Assembly (NCBI RefSeq): GCF_000143415.4
Contig: NW_003314404.1
Location: forward strand, 62,001 to 126,000
Length of the DNA stretch: 64,000 nucleotides
Direction: 5' to 3'
DNA from: Selaginella moellendorffii
Taxonomy: Eukaryota; Plantae; Lycopodiophyta
A program made the position numbers and the translations under genes. Below the pieces are notes generated by a model. That model was not told the origin of the DNA, made no database searches, and saw nothing but the letters and a program-made list of their open reading frames with translations. Within the stretch, counting starts at the first letter, position 1; each line of letters opens with the position of its first letter. This document shows, piece after piece, positions 1 to 13,463 of the stretch.

Positions 1-929
1 CAACGAACGATTTGGACGATTTGGACATGGTTGGAGTGATTGGACAATTTTCCCCCTCTTGTTTTTGTGGGATCGTGTAAAGGAAGAAGGAGAAGCCTTT
101 GATCCGTGAGGGTGACCGACTATCTGAGACAGCAATCTCGGCTGATTGATTGGATTGATTGCTGATTGATGGTGGCGAAGCCAAGCCCATGGAGTGGAAA
201 ATGGATGGATTGGATGGAAATGGTGGTGCCGGTGGTGGTGGTGGTCTCAAGGAGAGAAAGTCGAGGCAGCTTTCAGCTTTGTTCTTCCTGCCTGATCACG
301 CGAATGATAACTTCTGGCTCTTTTTGTCGCTGCGTTTGCTTTCCTTCTTTCCATGGATCTTTTTTCTATAGTCCATTATTCCCTTTCAACTTGCGTTGAT
401 GTTCCAAGGAGAACTGAAAAAACATAAGAACTGCGATGGCGATTGGCTTGGCAGTGAGGGGAAGTAGAAAAAAGGCACCATGTGTCGGGTCGGGTAGCAA
501 ATGCCCACAATTTTAATTTTGCATCTCTCGGATGGGACGGGAGGATCTCCCTTGGGAAGCAGAGCATCCGCAAGAGCCCTAAATAGTTTACAAAAAAGTG
601 GCGCCAGTGGCCATCGAACAAATTAAAGGAACTGACTCATGGCGTCGCTGTCTGATCGGAGAGCTTTTGGGCGCTCAGTTCCAGCGAGCGAGCCTGGGCC
701 GATTGAAACCCGGGTTTGGGATAGTTTGTTTGATCAGATCATATGATGATCCTCTCGCTGTTCATCCCCTGTTTTGTTCGTGGCGGAATTGAATCAATGT
801 CTTCGCCGCTTTTGTCTGCTGTTGGCTGGGAAGGAAGAAGAAAATGAGTGAGAGGAAAAGGAACCTCTGTTTTGGTGGGCACGCATCTGGAACAAAAGTG
901 ATTGACGAGGTGGCTTTGTCAATGTAAGC

Positions 930-932
<3 letters not shown>

Positions 933-963
<31 letters not shown>
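933..963. repeat. (CT)n/(GA)n microsatellite upstream of the BELL gene
   Basis: About 15 uninterrupted CT dinucleotides. Confidence 0.9.
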
Positions 964-966
<3 letters not shown>

Positions 967-3584
967 CGCGCGCTCTCTCTCCTCTGCCACATCGCACTTG
1001 CATTGAGTATAGACGGGGACGGATCCTCCTAATCTCCTTTTCTTTTCTCGAAAGTTTCTTTCGCTCTGGCTCGCGCTGCTTGCCGGCTGGCTTGCTGTCG
1101 AGCCTGTGTTCGCTGCCAGAAGCATATACAGCAGCCTTGGACGGATCCACCTCCACGCACACACTTCACTTCCGCCGCCCCGAAATTCAATCAAGCTCCC
1201 ACCCGGCCAAGAGCCGATGGATGGATCCATCACCCATCCATCACCACCCCGCCCAGGATCGCCCAAAAACAATCTGAGCCAGCCCAACACAAAGTCAGCA
1301 GTAGCCAGCAGCGGCCCAGGCACACATCTGCAAAGCACACACAGGCCTTGATAGCGAAAGATTGATACCTCCCAAATATTATATACAGAAACCTCTTTCG
1401 ACTGAAGGAAGAGTTAAATTCTCGTCTCGATCTCGCCAGGAAGATGAGGAGGGCCTCCATATCTCTTGCAAACAAGGACGAGCGGGCTTTAAAGCTTGGG
1501 TACAAATCTGGGGCAAGATCATCAGGAGCACTAGAAATACGATCTCCAATTTGTGTCACAAGCTTGCTAGCAGTGAGCGCAGAGCTGGCTGGCTGCATGG
1601 GCTGCTGGAAGCATCAAAGTATCCCTCCAATCCAAATTTTGGCACGCTTTGATCCCCCTCTACTTTGCTGCAGTGTACTTTAAAGGGGATTACATTCTCC
1701 AAGAACCGCATTAGTCTTAATCTTTTTTTCCATTAGCCAGCTTATCCCACCACCTTTTTGGGGCGCTGTTTATCTCGTGGAAGATACCACCGGATAAGAC
1801 AACGTTCGTACGGTCTTGAACAGATTGGCGCCACGCGTCCTCTGGTCAACCCAGTGTATACTGGATGATTGGGAGCGTTGGATACGCGGATCGGACGGTC
1901 AAAATGGGCCATCCCCGCGTACGGCATCTCCGTACGGGCGCGCCTGCGGGCATTTGCTGCCCGCCGTCTGTAAGGGCATTTTTTTTATTCGTGTTCTGGC
2001 GTTGGAAATTCGTGCGAGGGGCCGGCGAAATGCCCGGGACGGGGTTCCCCTAAACATTCCGTTTGGCGGTGTTGTCAATGATCTGATCCGGTGCTAAAAC
2101 ACCAGGGCTATTCGAGGGCGGGCATCTTGGCGGCATCTTGTCGATCAATCTTTTATCTCGCGTGGAAAAGAAAACCACTCAAAATGCAATGCCGGGCCGA
2201 TTCCTACGCATATATGAAGTACTCCGCGGTGAGAGAGGACTATCTCGTCGAGAAAATGCCCGGGAATATCCCTTGGCGGGCGTTTAAGACAGGGGATGTG
2301 GTAAAAGATTAAAAGACCGGATGGTGACTGATGATTTTTGCACTTGGTTTGTTAATTAACAAGGCAAGCCGGCCGAAATGATAGTGTTTTTGTGGTTTTA
2401 ACTTTTAACAGCGACGGGGGAGTGTCTATTTTGTCGCCCATGTACGGGCCGTGGAAGTAAACAACAGATTTTTTTTTGAAATTTTGAAAATAATTTCAAA
2501 TTCAAATTTTAGAAAAACTTGAAAATTTTGACCGCGAAAGCTAAGCTATGGTAACGCGGTCTTTCGGTGATGATCTCATGCTTGCCTTGGAGGCGCTTAG
2601 CTAAACAAAAGAGGGATCCAAATTTTTCTTCTTTTTTGTAAAGGCCTGCCCGGTTGGTCGATCGATCCAGCTTCTCGTCGTCCAAAAGAGAGGGCGGGGC
2701 CGATCGGTCGGTCGTTCGCTCGTCGCCGAGCGAGCGATCGATATTTTCGCGTGCGTGCTTTCGCGGCTCGCTGGCTATGGCGGCTTAATCCACCACCCCA
2801 CTAATCCGGCATTAGCAGAATAATAAACTCTTCTCTCGCCTTTTGCTCCTCCTGGCAGCTTTCCGGTGTTCATTCAAATCCTTGGTCTCTCCTTTTTCTT
2901 CTTTCTCTCGTTTTCTTTCTTCTTTCTCTTTTGCCCTTTGCTTCTTTTCCCCTTTCCAGTTCTTAAGAGAGTTCTTGGGTTTCTTCCATCAATCAAGGAG
3001 ATCTCGAGGCTCTTTCTCGTTATCAGGCTCATCTTTCCTCTCAACTCTCACTTCACTCACACTCGCCCAGACAAAGGGTTGTCACCTGACTGACAGCAAC
3101 CTTGTCCCAAGCCCCCCTTGTGTTCGTGAATCGTGATTCGTGATTCGTGACTGATTGGGTTTCTTAAAAGGGGGGCGATGATGCTCGTCCGCAGCGCTGC
3201 CGCTGCCACTGCGGCGACGACGAGCAATCAATCGCGATGGTCCGTGCTTGCCTGATCCGACCTGGTGTGTCCGGAACGAAGCTCGACGACGACCAAGGGG
3301 AAAAAGAAGAAGAGGAAGAAGAACCAAGAACGAAGAGAATGATGGGGAATGATCACAGATAGTAGAGAGACTTGGGCGAAGCAACGGCCGATTGATTGAT
3401 CCGGCCGCGAGACGAGCTACTTTGGTGGCTTGCAGTGGGATCCAAGCCAAAACCAGCAACACCAACATCGATTTCTCGATCCAAGGCTGGTCTCTACTCG
3501 ACGTTCTCGCGTTTCTCCGTTTTATAGTTCTTTGTCCTTTAATACTTTAAGTTAGAACAGAGGGGAAGAGGGACGAAGGAGGGG

Positions 3585-3609
3585 GAAGAAGAAGAAGAAG
3601 AAGAAGAAG
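3585..3609. repeat. (GAA)n microsatellite
   Basis: About 8 consecutive GAA units. Confidence 0.85.
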
Positions 3610-5332
3610 CCCTTTTCATATTCCTTGTGTTGTGTGTCCCTCTCGCGGTGCGTCAAATCACACCCAGAGAAGGAGAGAAGGGCTGGGAGAGAAAGCTCTC
3701 GTTTTCATGGTGTGTTACTAGTGAGCTACGTTTTTGTGTGTGTGTGTGTTTGTGTTTGGTGGTTGGAGTTCCTGGGGATGAGAAACAAGACCCCAGATCA
3801 TCCAGAGTGAGATGTGGATGGGCGGACATGGACGGATTTGTGGATCGAAGTAGCATGGCGGCCAGCAGCACAAACTTGTAACAGCATATAGAGAGAAGAA
3901 AGCAAATCAAATCGATCCAGGAAGAAGCAGCAACAGTAGCTGCGAAGCAGTGGATTCATTTGATTCTCCGTGGATCAACCCAGGTTGAGAGGGAGCTCCT
4001 CGCCAAAGTGGTGTTTTTCTTGTGGGATCCAAGCTTGTTCTTCGCTAGAGAGGAAAAGATGTTGGAGGGCGTTGTTGTTGGGTGTGAAAGCGATGAGAGG
4101 CGGGTCTAAAGAGTGCTTGCTGTGCTCCTCCTCCCCTCTTCTCCCTTCTTCCATCGATTTGCGAGAAGTCCAAAGTGTGTGCGCGAGAGCCTAGAGAGTG
4201 TGTCTCTTTGCTCTAGCGAGAGCGTAGCGTTTTGTGTGTGGTCGTGTGGAGTGTGGAGTGTGTGTGCTCTTTACTAGAGAGAACATCGAGGTAGAAGTAG
4301 TCGAGTTGCCCCTTCCTTGGTTCTTTCTTTCTCGTGGAGCGACGGAAGCCTGTCGATTGGTTGCGTGGTCTGATTTTGTTCTTGCGATCGGTGGAGTGAA
4401 CAGTGAGGCGGATCATCGTGGACTTTATCAAGATCACGCTGGTGAGTTCTACTTCTCTCGATTCCAGGTCCATGCTTCTTTAGACTCTCTCTTTCTCTCT
4501 CTCTCCCTCTTTTTTCTTCCTCCTCTCTTTCTTCTCCATGAAGAGGGTCGATGGGCTTGCCTTCCGGATAGAAAGAATTGGTCGTGCGATAGCTTGGCTG
4601 GATTGTTCTCTTCCAAAGGTCTGGGCCATCTTCCTTCTAGCATTGAATTTGCAAGGACGAGTGCTGTAGCCTCTATGTTCTTGAGAGCATCATGGAAGTC
4701 TTCCACTCTTTATCAAAGGCTGCGCTGGCCGCTCGAGGCGAGAACTTTCGAGCTTTCCGAAAGAGATTCATTCATATCCCAAAAGTTGTGGGGCTAGCAG
4801 CAAAATCACCGCAGCAGGAAGCATCCATCCGTCGCATCTTTGTGGGTTTCTTTTCTTTTCTTTTCTTTGAGAAGCGTCACTTCACGGATAGATTGTGGGA
4901 GAGGGAAGGGGGAACGGGAGAGGAGGACTTTATTCCTGCTCAAAGACGTGATTTTTATCCATCGTCAATCCATCTTCCTCCTAGTTTCATCCAAAGCTTG
5001 TCGAGAATTCTAACTCGTTCGTTTGTGCACTCTCTACAGCCAAGTTTCTGGAATTTCTCTCGGCCTGGAAGTTGAAATGCGAAGTTGCTGTGAGTCCTCG
5101 TAGAAACTCTTGTCGAATGGCTTGTTTGAACGCTCGAATCTCTTTCTTATCTTCTTGCGAGCTTTTTCTTTCTTTTCTTGTTATTTCTTCGTGAATTCAT
5201 GCCGCTTGTGCGATTAATCACGCTCACGAGTGCATGCTTTGTGTGTGGTGGCTTTGACTCTCTCGCAGATTCCTAGAGAAGCATGTTAAGTACCCTCGGA
5301 AAGAACTCGTCCAGTAGAAGCACCGCAACACC

Positions 5333-8300
5333 ATGTCCTTGATGCAAGTCCTGACGAGTGCTAGAGACTCGTTCCAATCGCCCACAACGCCATACTCCTT
5401 CCTCGGCGGCGCCTCCACCTTCCACCACGAACCGCGAGACACCGCCACCACCACCGATACTCCACTCTATTTTTCCTCCACACGCGATCATCCTAGCGAT
5501 CATTTCAGTCACCACCACCACCACCACCAGCGGGCCAGCGGCGGCGATCATGGAGCTTACTCCCTGGGATCTACACCAGCGGCGACGGGAGATCTAAAAC
5601 TTAGCAGCCACAGCAGCAGCAGTAGCAGCGGTGGTGGTAGGGGTAGCAGCAAGGCCGAGGCGATCAACACCAGTTCCATCGATCAAACAAGATCAAACTC
5701 TGGCCACCATAGCATGAACACCAACTTACAGCACGTAGCGCAGCAAAGCCGGCGGGAGAAGCTTCGGATCCCCGGCTCCTTGCAGCAGCAGCATCAGCCA
5801 GCCTCTCCAAATCACAGCGGCGATCATGGACGATCGCAAGGCGGCGGAGAAATCCACCACCACCACCACCACCAAGGTCATGATCATCACGACAACATGG
5901 AAGCGTCGGTTCGTGGTAGTGGCTATGGCGGAAGCGCGGGGCAGGACGCCATGCTCTCGGTCTACAACAATCCAATGCTCGGCCCGGAGCTCTACAACTA
6001 CACGTCCGGCTCGGACCTCCTCACCGCGGTGTCCGGGAAGAACNNNNNNNNNNNNNNNNNNNNNNNNNNNNNNNNNNNNNNNNNNNNNNNNNNNNNNNNN
6101 NNNNNNNNNNNNNNNNNNNNNNNNNNNNNNNNNNNNNNNNNNNCAACTCCAACGTTCTTGGAAAAGGTGGCGGAGGAGCTGCATGGCCTGGCGGCGGTGG
6201 CTTTGCCGCGAACAATATGAGCATGCAGCAAACGTTTGGAAGCACGACCGGGCGGGACCTGAGCGCTTACTTTGCGACCGGCGGCGGCGGCGGGGCTCCA
6301 AACTCGCAGGAGGCAATGCAGCTCTATCTCATGAACGCGGCGGCGGCGGCGGCTGCTGCCGGATACGGCGGATTCGCCGCCAGTTCTGGAGATGGACCGC
6401 CGGCTCAGGCGGCGGCGGGAGCTCCCGGGAGCATGGTTTTCATCCCGGGGCCGGCGGCGTCGCAGACTCCCATTGGAGTGCCGCTCCACAGCTCGCAAAA
6501 CTCACTCTCCCAGACCTCGCAAGTTACGTCCGTGTCGAACTCTCCGGTGGCGTACCGTGGTGGAAGTGGAAATGGTGGCGGAGGATCGCACTTCTCGAGC
6601 TGGAAGAGTGGCGACGAGCTGGTTTTCATGCCCGGGAGCGAGCGCGCCGCCAAGACGTCGATGGACGTAAGCGACTTCTCCGACTACCACCAGCACGCGG
6701 CGGCGGCGGCGGCGTTCCACCAGATGCAAGACCATCTCTCCTCGCAAGCCCCGGGTGGCGCCGCCGGCGGTGGCGGCGGTGGAGTCTTCCAGGGCCTCTC
6801 GCTCTCGCTCTCCTCCCAGCAGCCGCCGCCGCTCAACGCTTTCGACGTGATCCAGCAGTCGGGGCTGGATCACGGCCAGGATCACCAGGCAGACAGCAAG
6901 CGATCCAAGCTGGCGGCGGACTTGAGCCACTTCCGGCGGGATTTTATTGGCGGCGCCGCCGCTCCCAAGGTCCCGGACGCCGCCAGCGCCACTCCGGCCA
7001 TGTCCGCCAGCTTTAACATCATCTCCAGCAGCCGCTACCTCAAGGCTTGCCAGCAGCTCTTAGAGGAAGTTTGCAGCGTTGGAAGAGGTGGCAAGCAAAA
7101 GAGCAAACCATCCAACTCTCAGGGATGGACAGCGGCGGGGGGCGGCGGAGGAGGAGCGGCGAGTCCTCTCACAAGCCCGACATCTGCTACTACTCCTAGT
7201 GCTCCGGCGAACAACAATCCAGCACCGACGACGAGCAAAGATCAAAGCGCTCCAGCTCCGGCTGCGGGGTCATCTCAAGAACTTTCCAACGAGAAGGATG
7301 CTTGCGTGAGCGCTGGAAACAATACCGCCGTAAGCTCCAGTTCACCGGGTGGCGGAGGAGCTAAAACCGCGCCTGGAACTGGAGGAGCTGGGGGTGCTAC
7401 CACGAGTGGGACTGGAACAGCGTCTGCGGCAGCGGCCCCAAGCTCGATCGAAGGTGGAGTGGAGTCGACGAGCGCGCTGAGCGCCGAGGAGAAGCAGGAG
7501 CTTGAGACGAAGAAATCCAAGCTCATCGGCATGCTCCAAGAGGTGACGAACTTTTCCCATGCGTGATTTGGATCGAGCTAAAACGTTCTGTTTTTCTTGG
7601 CAGGTGGATCGGAGATACCGGCAGTACTACGATCAAATGCAAGTGGTGATCAGCTCGTTTGATGCGGTGGCCGGCGTTGGAGCGGCCACTCCCTACACGG
7701 CTCTCGCGTTGCAAGCCATGTCTCGCTACTTTCGGTGCCTGAAGGACGCCATCACGGGGCAAATCTCGCTGGTTTGCAAGTCCCTGGGCGAGGAGGACAT
7801 CTCCAAGCAGATCACCACCAAGAGCCCCACTTCCCGGCTCCGCTTCATCGACCAGCAGATCCGGCAGCAGCGCGCGTTCCAGCAGCTCGGGATGCTCAAC
7901 CAGCACGCCTGGAGGCCGCAGCGAGGACTCCCCGAGCGATCGGTTTCGATCTTGCGAGCTTGGCTCTTTGAGCACTTCCTCCATCCGTAAGTTTTTGTTT
8001 GGCTTTTGCTCTTCCTCGAAAGTTGGAGCTTGGAATGTTTGGTGCTGCTTGATTGGTCCCTGACTGAGTGATTGCTAGATTTGCGGGCGATTGTCGCTTC
8101 CTGGAAGTAGAAATGTTTGACGTGATGCATGCATGGATCGACCGAGCAATTAAGTGTTCTTGTGTAACGCTCGAGCGAAGCTAACTTTGCTGGATTTTCC
8201 AGGTATCCCAAAGACGCGGACAAGATGATGCTAGCGAGGCAGACTGGTCTAACAAGAAGTCAGGTAGTTTCCTCTCCCAAAGTTCCCGGAACTTTAATGC

Positions 8301-9193
8301 TCCAATGTTCTTGGAGCTAAACTTCCAAATAACTGAGTATCGACTGACACTTATCGCGATCACAGGTGTCCAACTGGTTCATCAACGCTCGAGTGAGGCT
8401 ATGGAAGCCAATGGTGGAGGAGATGTACCAGGAAGAAACGAGAGATCACGAGCTGGACGCGGCGGTGGCGCGGATGCAAGCCGCGAGCGAGGAAAACGAG
8501 CTCAAGAACAGCAGTGACGCTCTCACCGATCCCAAGTCGGGGAAGCTCATGTCCATGGATCACTCGGAGCAGGACTTCATCCACGAGACCAGCCCGGTCG
8601 ACTACAATCCGGGGCTCCGGAAGCAGCAGCAGCAAAACATGGTGGTCGGATCGTCTCCAGCGGATTTGTACGAGGATTCCAGCGTCCAGCACCACCAGCA
8701 GCTCAAGAAATCCAGGTACCACGATCCATCCTCGGCGGACTTTGTACACCACCATATGGAAGTGGACATGAAGCCGGAGAGCGATGATAGCTTGGGAGTC
8801 CACGGCTATGGAGGTGGCGGCGGCGGAGGATACCACGACCAGAGCCTCCGCTTCTCCCCCGCCAATCCAGGCTTTCGATACAACTTAAATCCTTCGCCGG
8901 GAGGTGGAGTATCTCTCACTCTGGGACTCCAGCACAGTGACAGCAGCTTGGGAGGAGTGATCCATCCTCACGCGGCGGCGGCGGCGGCAGCCTACTTGCA
9001 ACCGCAGGGATTCCACGCGCTGGCTCGTGGCGGCGGTGGCGGCGGAGGTGGTGGAGGTGGCGGCGGCGATGATTTCTCCAGCTTGTACGACAATGCGGCG
9101 GCGGCGGCGGCGGCGGGGTTGCACGACGGGATGAACTACGCGAGCAGGAAGCATATGGAGAGCCAGCTGCTGCACGATTTTGTGCCTAGCTAG
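5333..9193 (+). CDS. BEL1-like (TALE/BELL) homeodomain transcription factor; exons 5333-7542 (spans N-gap), 7604-7986, 8203-8263, 8366-9193
   Basis: N-terminal [12 protein letters not shown] motif, [12 protein letters not shown] box ([18 protein letters not shown]), BELL domain ([13 protein letters not shown]...), homeodomain [26 protein letters not shown]|[20 protein letters not shown]|[16 protein letters not shown]-terminal VSLTLGL. All introns GT-AG, with a 61-nt third exon. The frame change across 6044-6143 is explained by the arbitrary 100-N gap. Confidence 0.96.
6044..6143. other. Assembly gap (100 N) inside BELL exon 1
   Basis: Run of N. Confidence 1.
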
Positions 9194-9492
9194 TGGATCG
9201 ATCGCTCGGCTATTCTTCTATATTTTCCTCTCCAAGAACTTTGGAGAGATTCTCCCGAAGAACACCTCGAAGACGTCTATATTCCTCGTGATCATGGGCA
9301 GGGATTTTATATAGCACCGAATTTATAGTGTTCTTTTCCAGCTTTTCTTTCTCTCCCTTGTTTTTGAGCTTGGAACAGGACTTTCTAAATGGATTTAGTG
9401 ACGCGCGGTAGTATGGCGGTGCTAGAAGTGACGCGCGGTACGCCATGGTCTATCTTGTTGCTGGAACCTTTAGATTTTTTTAAACCCCAGCT

Positions 9493-10639
9493 ATGGCGTG
9501 CTCCAGCAGTGGAGCCTCGTTGCTAGGGCTTCGCGGCTCGCTGGACGAGGCGGCGTCGATCAGGAGTAGTGTTTGTGCGCAGCGGAGGAGATTTTGTGCC
9601 AAGCCGAGAAGAGTCGGAAAGTTTTGCGAGGTATGTGGGAAGAATGTAGGCTATGGATTGGAAAAATAATAGGATTTCATTTTTCTTCTTCTCAGGCAAG
9701 GTGTCTTGTGGATTCTTCGCCAAGTTCGTGTTCTCTCTTTCCTCGATGTTTTTCCATCGATGATATCGATTTCTTCGATGAAGTTTTTCTCATTTCGTTC
9801 TTGCTTTTCTGACGATGGAAAGAATGGTTTCCGCTGCAGATCTTCGCATCGCTCAAAATCTTGTCACCTTTGCTCCATTGTTACAAACCGGTGTTGCCCA
9901 CGCTGCTGGAAATCGAAGTGTTGGAGAGATCAGTGTCTCGCTCGCAGAGACTGGATTCCAGTATGCTTACCTCGGGGGAGTGTTGCTCCTACTTGGAGGT
10001 GGTGGCTTCTTCGTCATCCGGCAAATTCTCGTCCGCCGAGAACTCGAAATGGCCGCAAAGGAGTTGCTGGTCTGATATGGATTCTTCGACTCTTCCTTAG
10101 CCTACTCATCATTTTTTTTTTTTTTGTTTTCGATTCTGCCAGGAGCGTGTGAGAACGAGTCAGGCAACTCCGGTGGAATACTACGAACTTGGAGCCGTGA
10201 TGCTGCGTAAGAAGCTGTATCCCGTTGCCAGAAAATACTTGGAACAAGCCATAAAGAAATGGGAGGACGATGAGCAAGAACTAGCACAGGTATAAAGTCT
10301 TGCATTCTTGCTTGTTTGTGTGTTGCTTTCTTTTTATTCAGGAGTTTCGTTTCTCCTTTCCAGGTGTACAATGCTCTTGGTTTCGCGTACTTCAGCGAGA
10401 ACAAGGTCGAGCAGGCTATCTCCCACTACGAGAAAGCAGTGACCTTGTCCCCAGGCTATACTGTGGCCTGGAACAACCTGGGAAGCTCTTACGAGAAGCG
10501 GAAGGACTGGAAACGGGCTCTGAAGGCCTACGAGCAGACTTTACAGTTCGATCCTCGCAACAAAGTGGCGCTTTCTTGTCAGAAATACGTCAAGGACAAG
10601 GTGGAGCTGTACAGGGGCATTCCCAGCAAGTTCGACTGA
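9493..10639 (+). CDS. PYG7: Chloroplast TPR protein PALE YELLOW GREEN 7 / Ycf37-like PSI assembly factor; exons ~9493-9630, 9696-9723, 9840-10069, 10143-10289, 10364-10639
   Basis: Transit-peptide-like N-terminus, TM helix [29 protein letters not shown], then [12 protein letters not shown]...VYNALG...AWNNLG TPR repeats. Exons join in phase through GT-AG introns. Confidence 0.9.
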
Positions 10640-12093
10640 TGGCAGGGCCAAGAACCTGGAAGAAAAAGGCTATGGAACGTCTCCAGGCGCGGTCACCGGT
10701 GTCCATGGCACCATGGTTTTTGATGGACTTGCCACTGCTCTACGTACATCGAAACTGGATTTGCCTATTGTATTTTGTCAGCTCAGCTCTAAGAACTGTG
10801 CATTGAGTCTATGTTTGAGAAATCTGTAGCGTGCATCCAAGCACTTTAACAACAATCTAGGCTTTGGTACGAGTCAAAACGAGGCATGGTACGGACGCCA
10901 CCTTTTGTCTAAAGAATCTGCTGCTTACTCACTGCCCCACCCAGATTTTGGAAGGATGGCGATAATTTCAGGAGCTTACACTAAATTTTCTTACCTTCTC
11001 AGCAACATGGTAGGTAAGGACGCATTTTCTTCAGCAAGCTCAGAAACGATTTAAGAGTTTGAGTTCTCTTGGTATGTTGATATTATATAACCATAATGTG
11101 CATTCATAAGAAAGGGTTTGCTCCTCCTTTTCGTTTCTATAATTTATAATTTTAGAATTTTTATTATTGTTATTGACATTGATAGTTCAATTATAGTTCA
11201 ATATAACATAGTTCAATGACATAACATTGATAGAACTATCAATAAAATTATAGTGCATATCTTAAATTAAAATATGGCATATATTAAGATTTCTTCTTTA
11301 TTATATTAAATTTATTAAATATTTAATTTTCCCAAAATAAATACTAGTAGTTACCAAGTGGCATCACCATTAGCAACTCATTCCCCACTCACACTTACAT
11401 ACTTGTAACTCAAAATAATTTAATATATCTATTAATATTTATATTAAAAAATAATATTTTAAAAGTCCCAATGCAAATTATTCAACTTTAGCTTCCAAAA
11501 AATCTTTAAAAATTTTGGAAAAACATTAAAAGATTTATATAAACCTTATAATATAATAATTTGATTAATATATTTAATTGACATATAGTCATTAAGTAAA
11601 TATATATGAATACTTTGTATTATATATGCCATGCCCATTGACCACCAGTTGACTAGGACTAATTGAAAGAGTATGAGATATTAATTAAAATCATTGAGTA
11701 ATATTATTATATAAATACAACACTAAATAGATTAAGTTTTAAAAATAATATTTTAAGCCTTTAAAAAATAAACTAGATATATATTTTATAATTATAAAAA
11801 TATTTATTTTAAATTATTCTTAGAATATTTTATATATTATAAGTTATAGTAAAATTTATAGATTTAGTGTTATTTTATTAAAAAAATTGTTAGTGTCTTA
11901 TAAATATAGTAATAAATATAAATACTTAATTAAATCACACTATACTTGAATAAAGCTTATTGATATATATTTTAATAAAAAATCTTAATTTAATTAAATT
12001 TATTCTTAAAAGTTTAAAAATAAATAATAATGTAAATAATAAGTACAATAGAAAAGAAATTAACTAAAATTAATAAAAATATAATAATATTTT

Positions 12094-13463
12094 TGTAGCA
12101 TATATAGTTTTCACTCTTTACTATATTATGATTTACCATAAGATAACCATGGAGTGGAACCTTGTATATTTAAACCCTAATGAATTATCTATCAAATCAT
12201 TCCTTTTGGTTATTTGATGTTGTAAAATTGTTTCAACGTCACTTAGTATTTTTATCCTTTCGATTTTTAAGTTATACATTCAAGGGTTATTCTGTGTTTT
12301 AGTTCCTTTGCTCTTTAGTTGCATACTCAAGAATTTAGTTCCGTTCTTTTGTTCCTTTTAGCTATGTGTTTACAAAATTTAATAAATGTTTTACTTTAGT
12401 AAATGAACAAAGCGAAATTTAAATTTTAAGACTTTAAGTCACTAAACAAAGGGACGGAGCTAAACTCTTGAGCATACAACTAAGGAGCAAAATAACTAGA
12501 ACACAAAATGGCCCTTGAATGTATAGTTTAAAAAGCGAATAAAACAAAAATATTAAGCGACATTGAAACAATTCTAAAGCATTAAACAACTAAAAAAAAT
12601 TGATTTGAGAGATAATTCATTGGGGCTTAAATATAGAAGGAAAGAGCCCATAAACAAAAATGCACCTTTTTTTTTTTCAATTGGTTAAAATAATATCTTA
12701 ATGCCAAGAATAGCATGCAAAACAGAGCCAAATAAATTTTTTATATTATCTTAGCATCTCAGTGGCCTAACACAAGGGATATGGATACTCCACTAATTTG
12801 TATAGTATGGAGTTTAAAACTAAACCTAAGCCAAACATAAACAAGGATATGCATGTAAACAAAGAGTTGCACTATGTCTTAAATTGATCAACCATACCTA
12901 ACCTACCCATTATCCCTACTATCCCCCACAAGAAACCACCCCCTCCTATATTAACATATGCTTTGGGCTTTCACCCCAATATTAAAAGTTAATCTTTGAG
13001 ACAATTTATTACAAATTTACTCATGGGAATAGCATTATTATGTTTAGAACAATTTCTATATTTCATAGATATACCTAACTAGCAAATTTAGGCATTTTCC
13101 ATAAATAATTAATGGGACTAAACAAAACCAATACATAAGGCATGATAACAACACACAATAAACTATCATGTAGCAATATTAAAAGACTAGTGCTTAATAT
13201 GCAAGGGTTCTTATTACTAGCAAATAAAAGATATAACAAGATTAGAACTCTTTACCACGCTAAGTATGTTTAATTAATAGCATGTATAAATTCCATCTTT
13301 ATGTTCATCTTGTCTAAATACAATCAAAATACCAAATTATCTTCACTAACACAATAGAGTTTGATAAAAGGTTTAGAAATATTGATCTCCTATTGTTATG
13401 GCAATTAAAAAAGAATATTTGAAAGGACTTTTCGACATGTAATTTTCAATATTTGCAAACACA
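12094..13463 (-). mobile_element. Heavily mutated solo LTR of the same family as 55231-56374 (family B)
   Basis: Colinear similarity to 55231-56374 from TGTAGC(A/G)...GATTTACCATA(A/G)GATAAC...GGAACCT through GCTTTGGGCTTTCACCCCAA and TTTCCATAAATA to AAGGACT..TCGACA.GTAA.TTTC. Candidate TSD ATTTT at 12089-12093 and 13464-13468. The right end may extend to ~13477. Confidence 0.8.
12160..12640. mobile_element. Fold-back element (~190-bp inverted arms, ~100-bp spacer), MITE/MULE-like, inside the solo LTR
   Basis: CCTTGTATATTTAAACCCTAATGAATTATCT... is the near reverse complement of ...AGATAATTCATTGGGGCTTAAATATAGAAGG. Pairing continues to about 12350/12445. Confidence 0.8.

Noticed and set aside
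159-5075. Many 60-190 aa ORFs upstream of BELL
   Set aside because: Low-complexity, overlapping on both strands, no domains. Better explained as regulatory or leader DNA.
6044-6220. Frameshift or split of the BELL gene into two ORFs
   Set aside because: The frame change coincides with a 100-N gap of arbitrary length.
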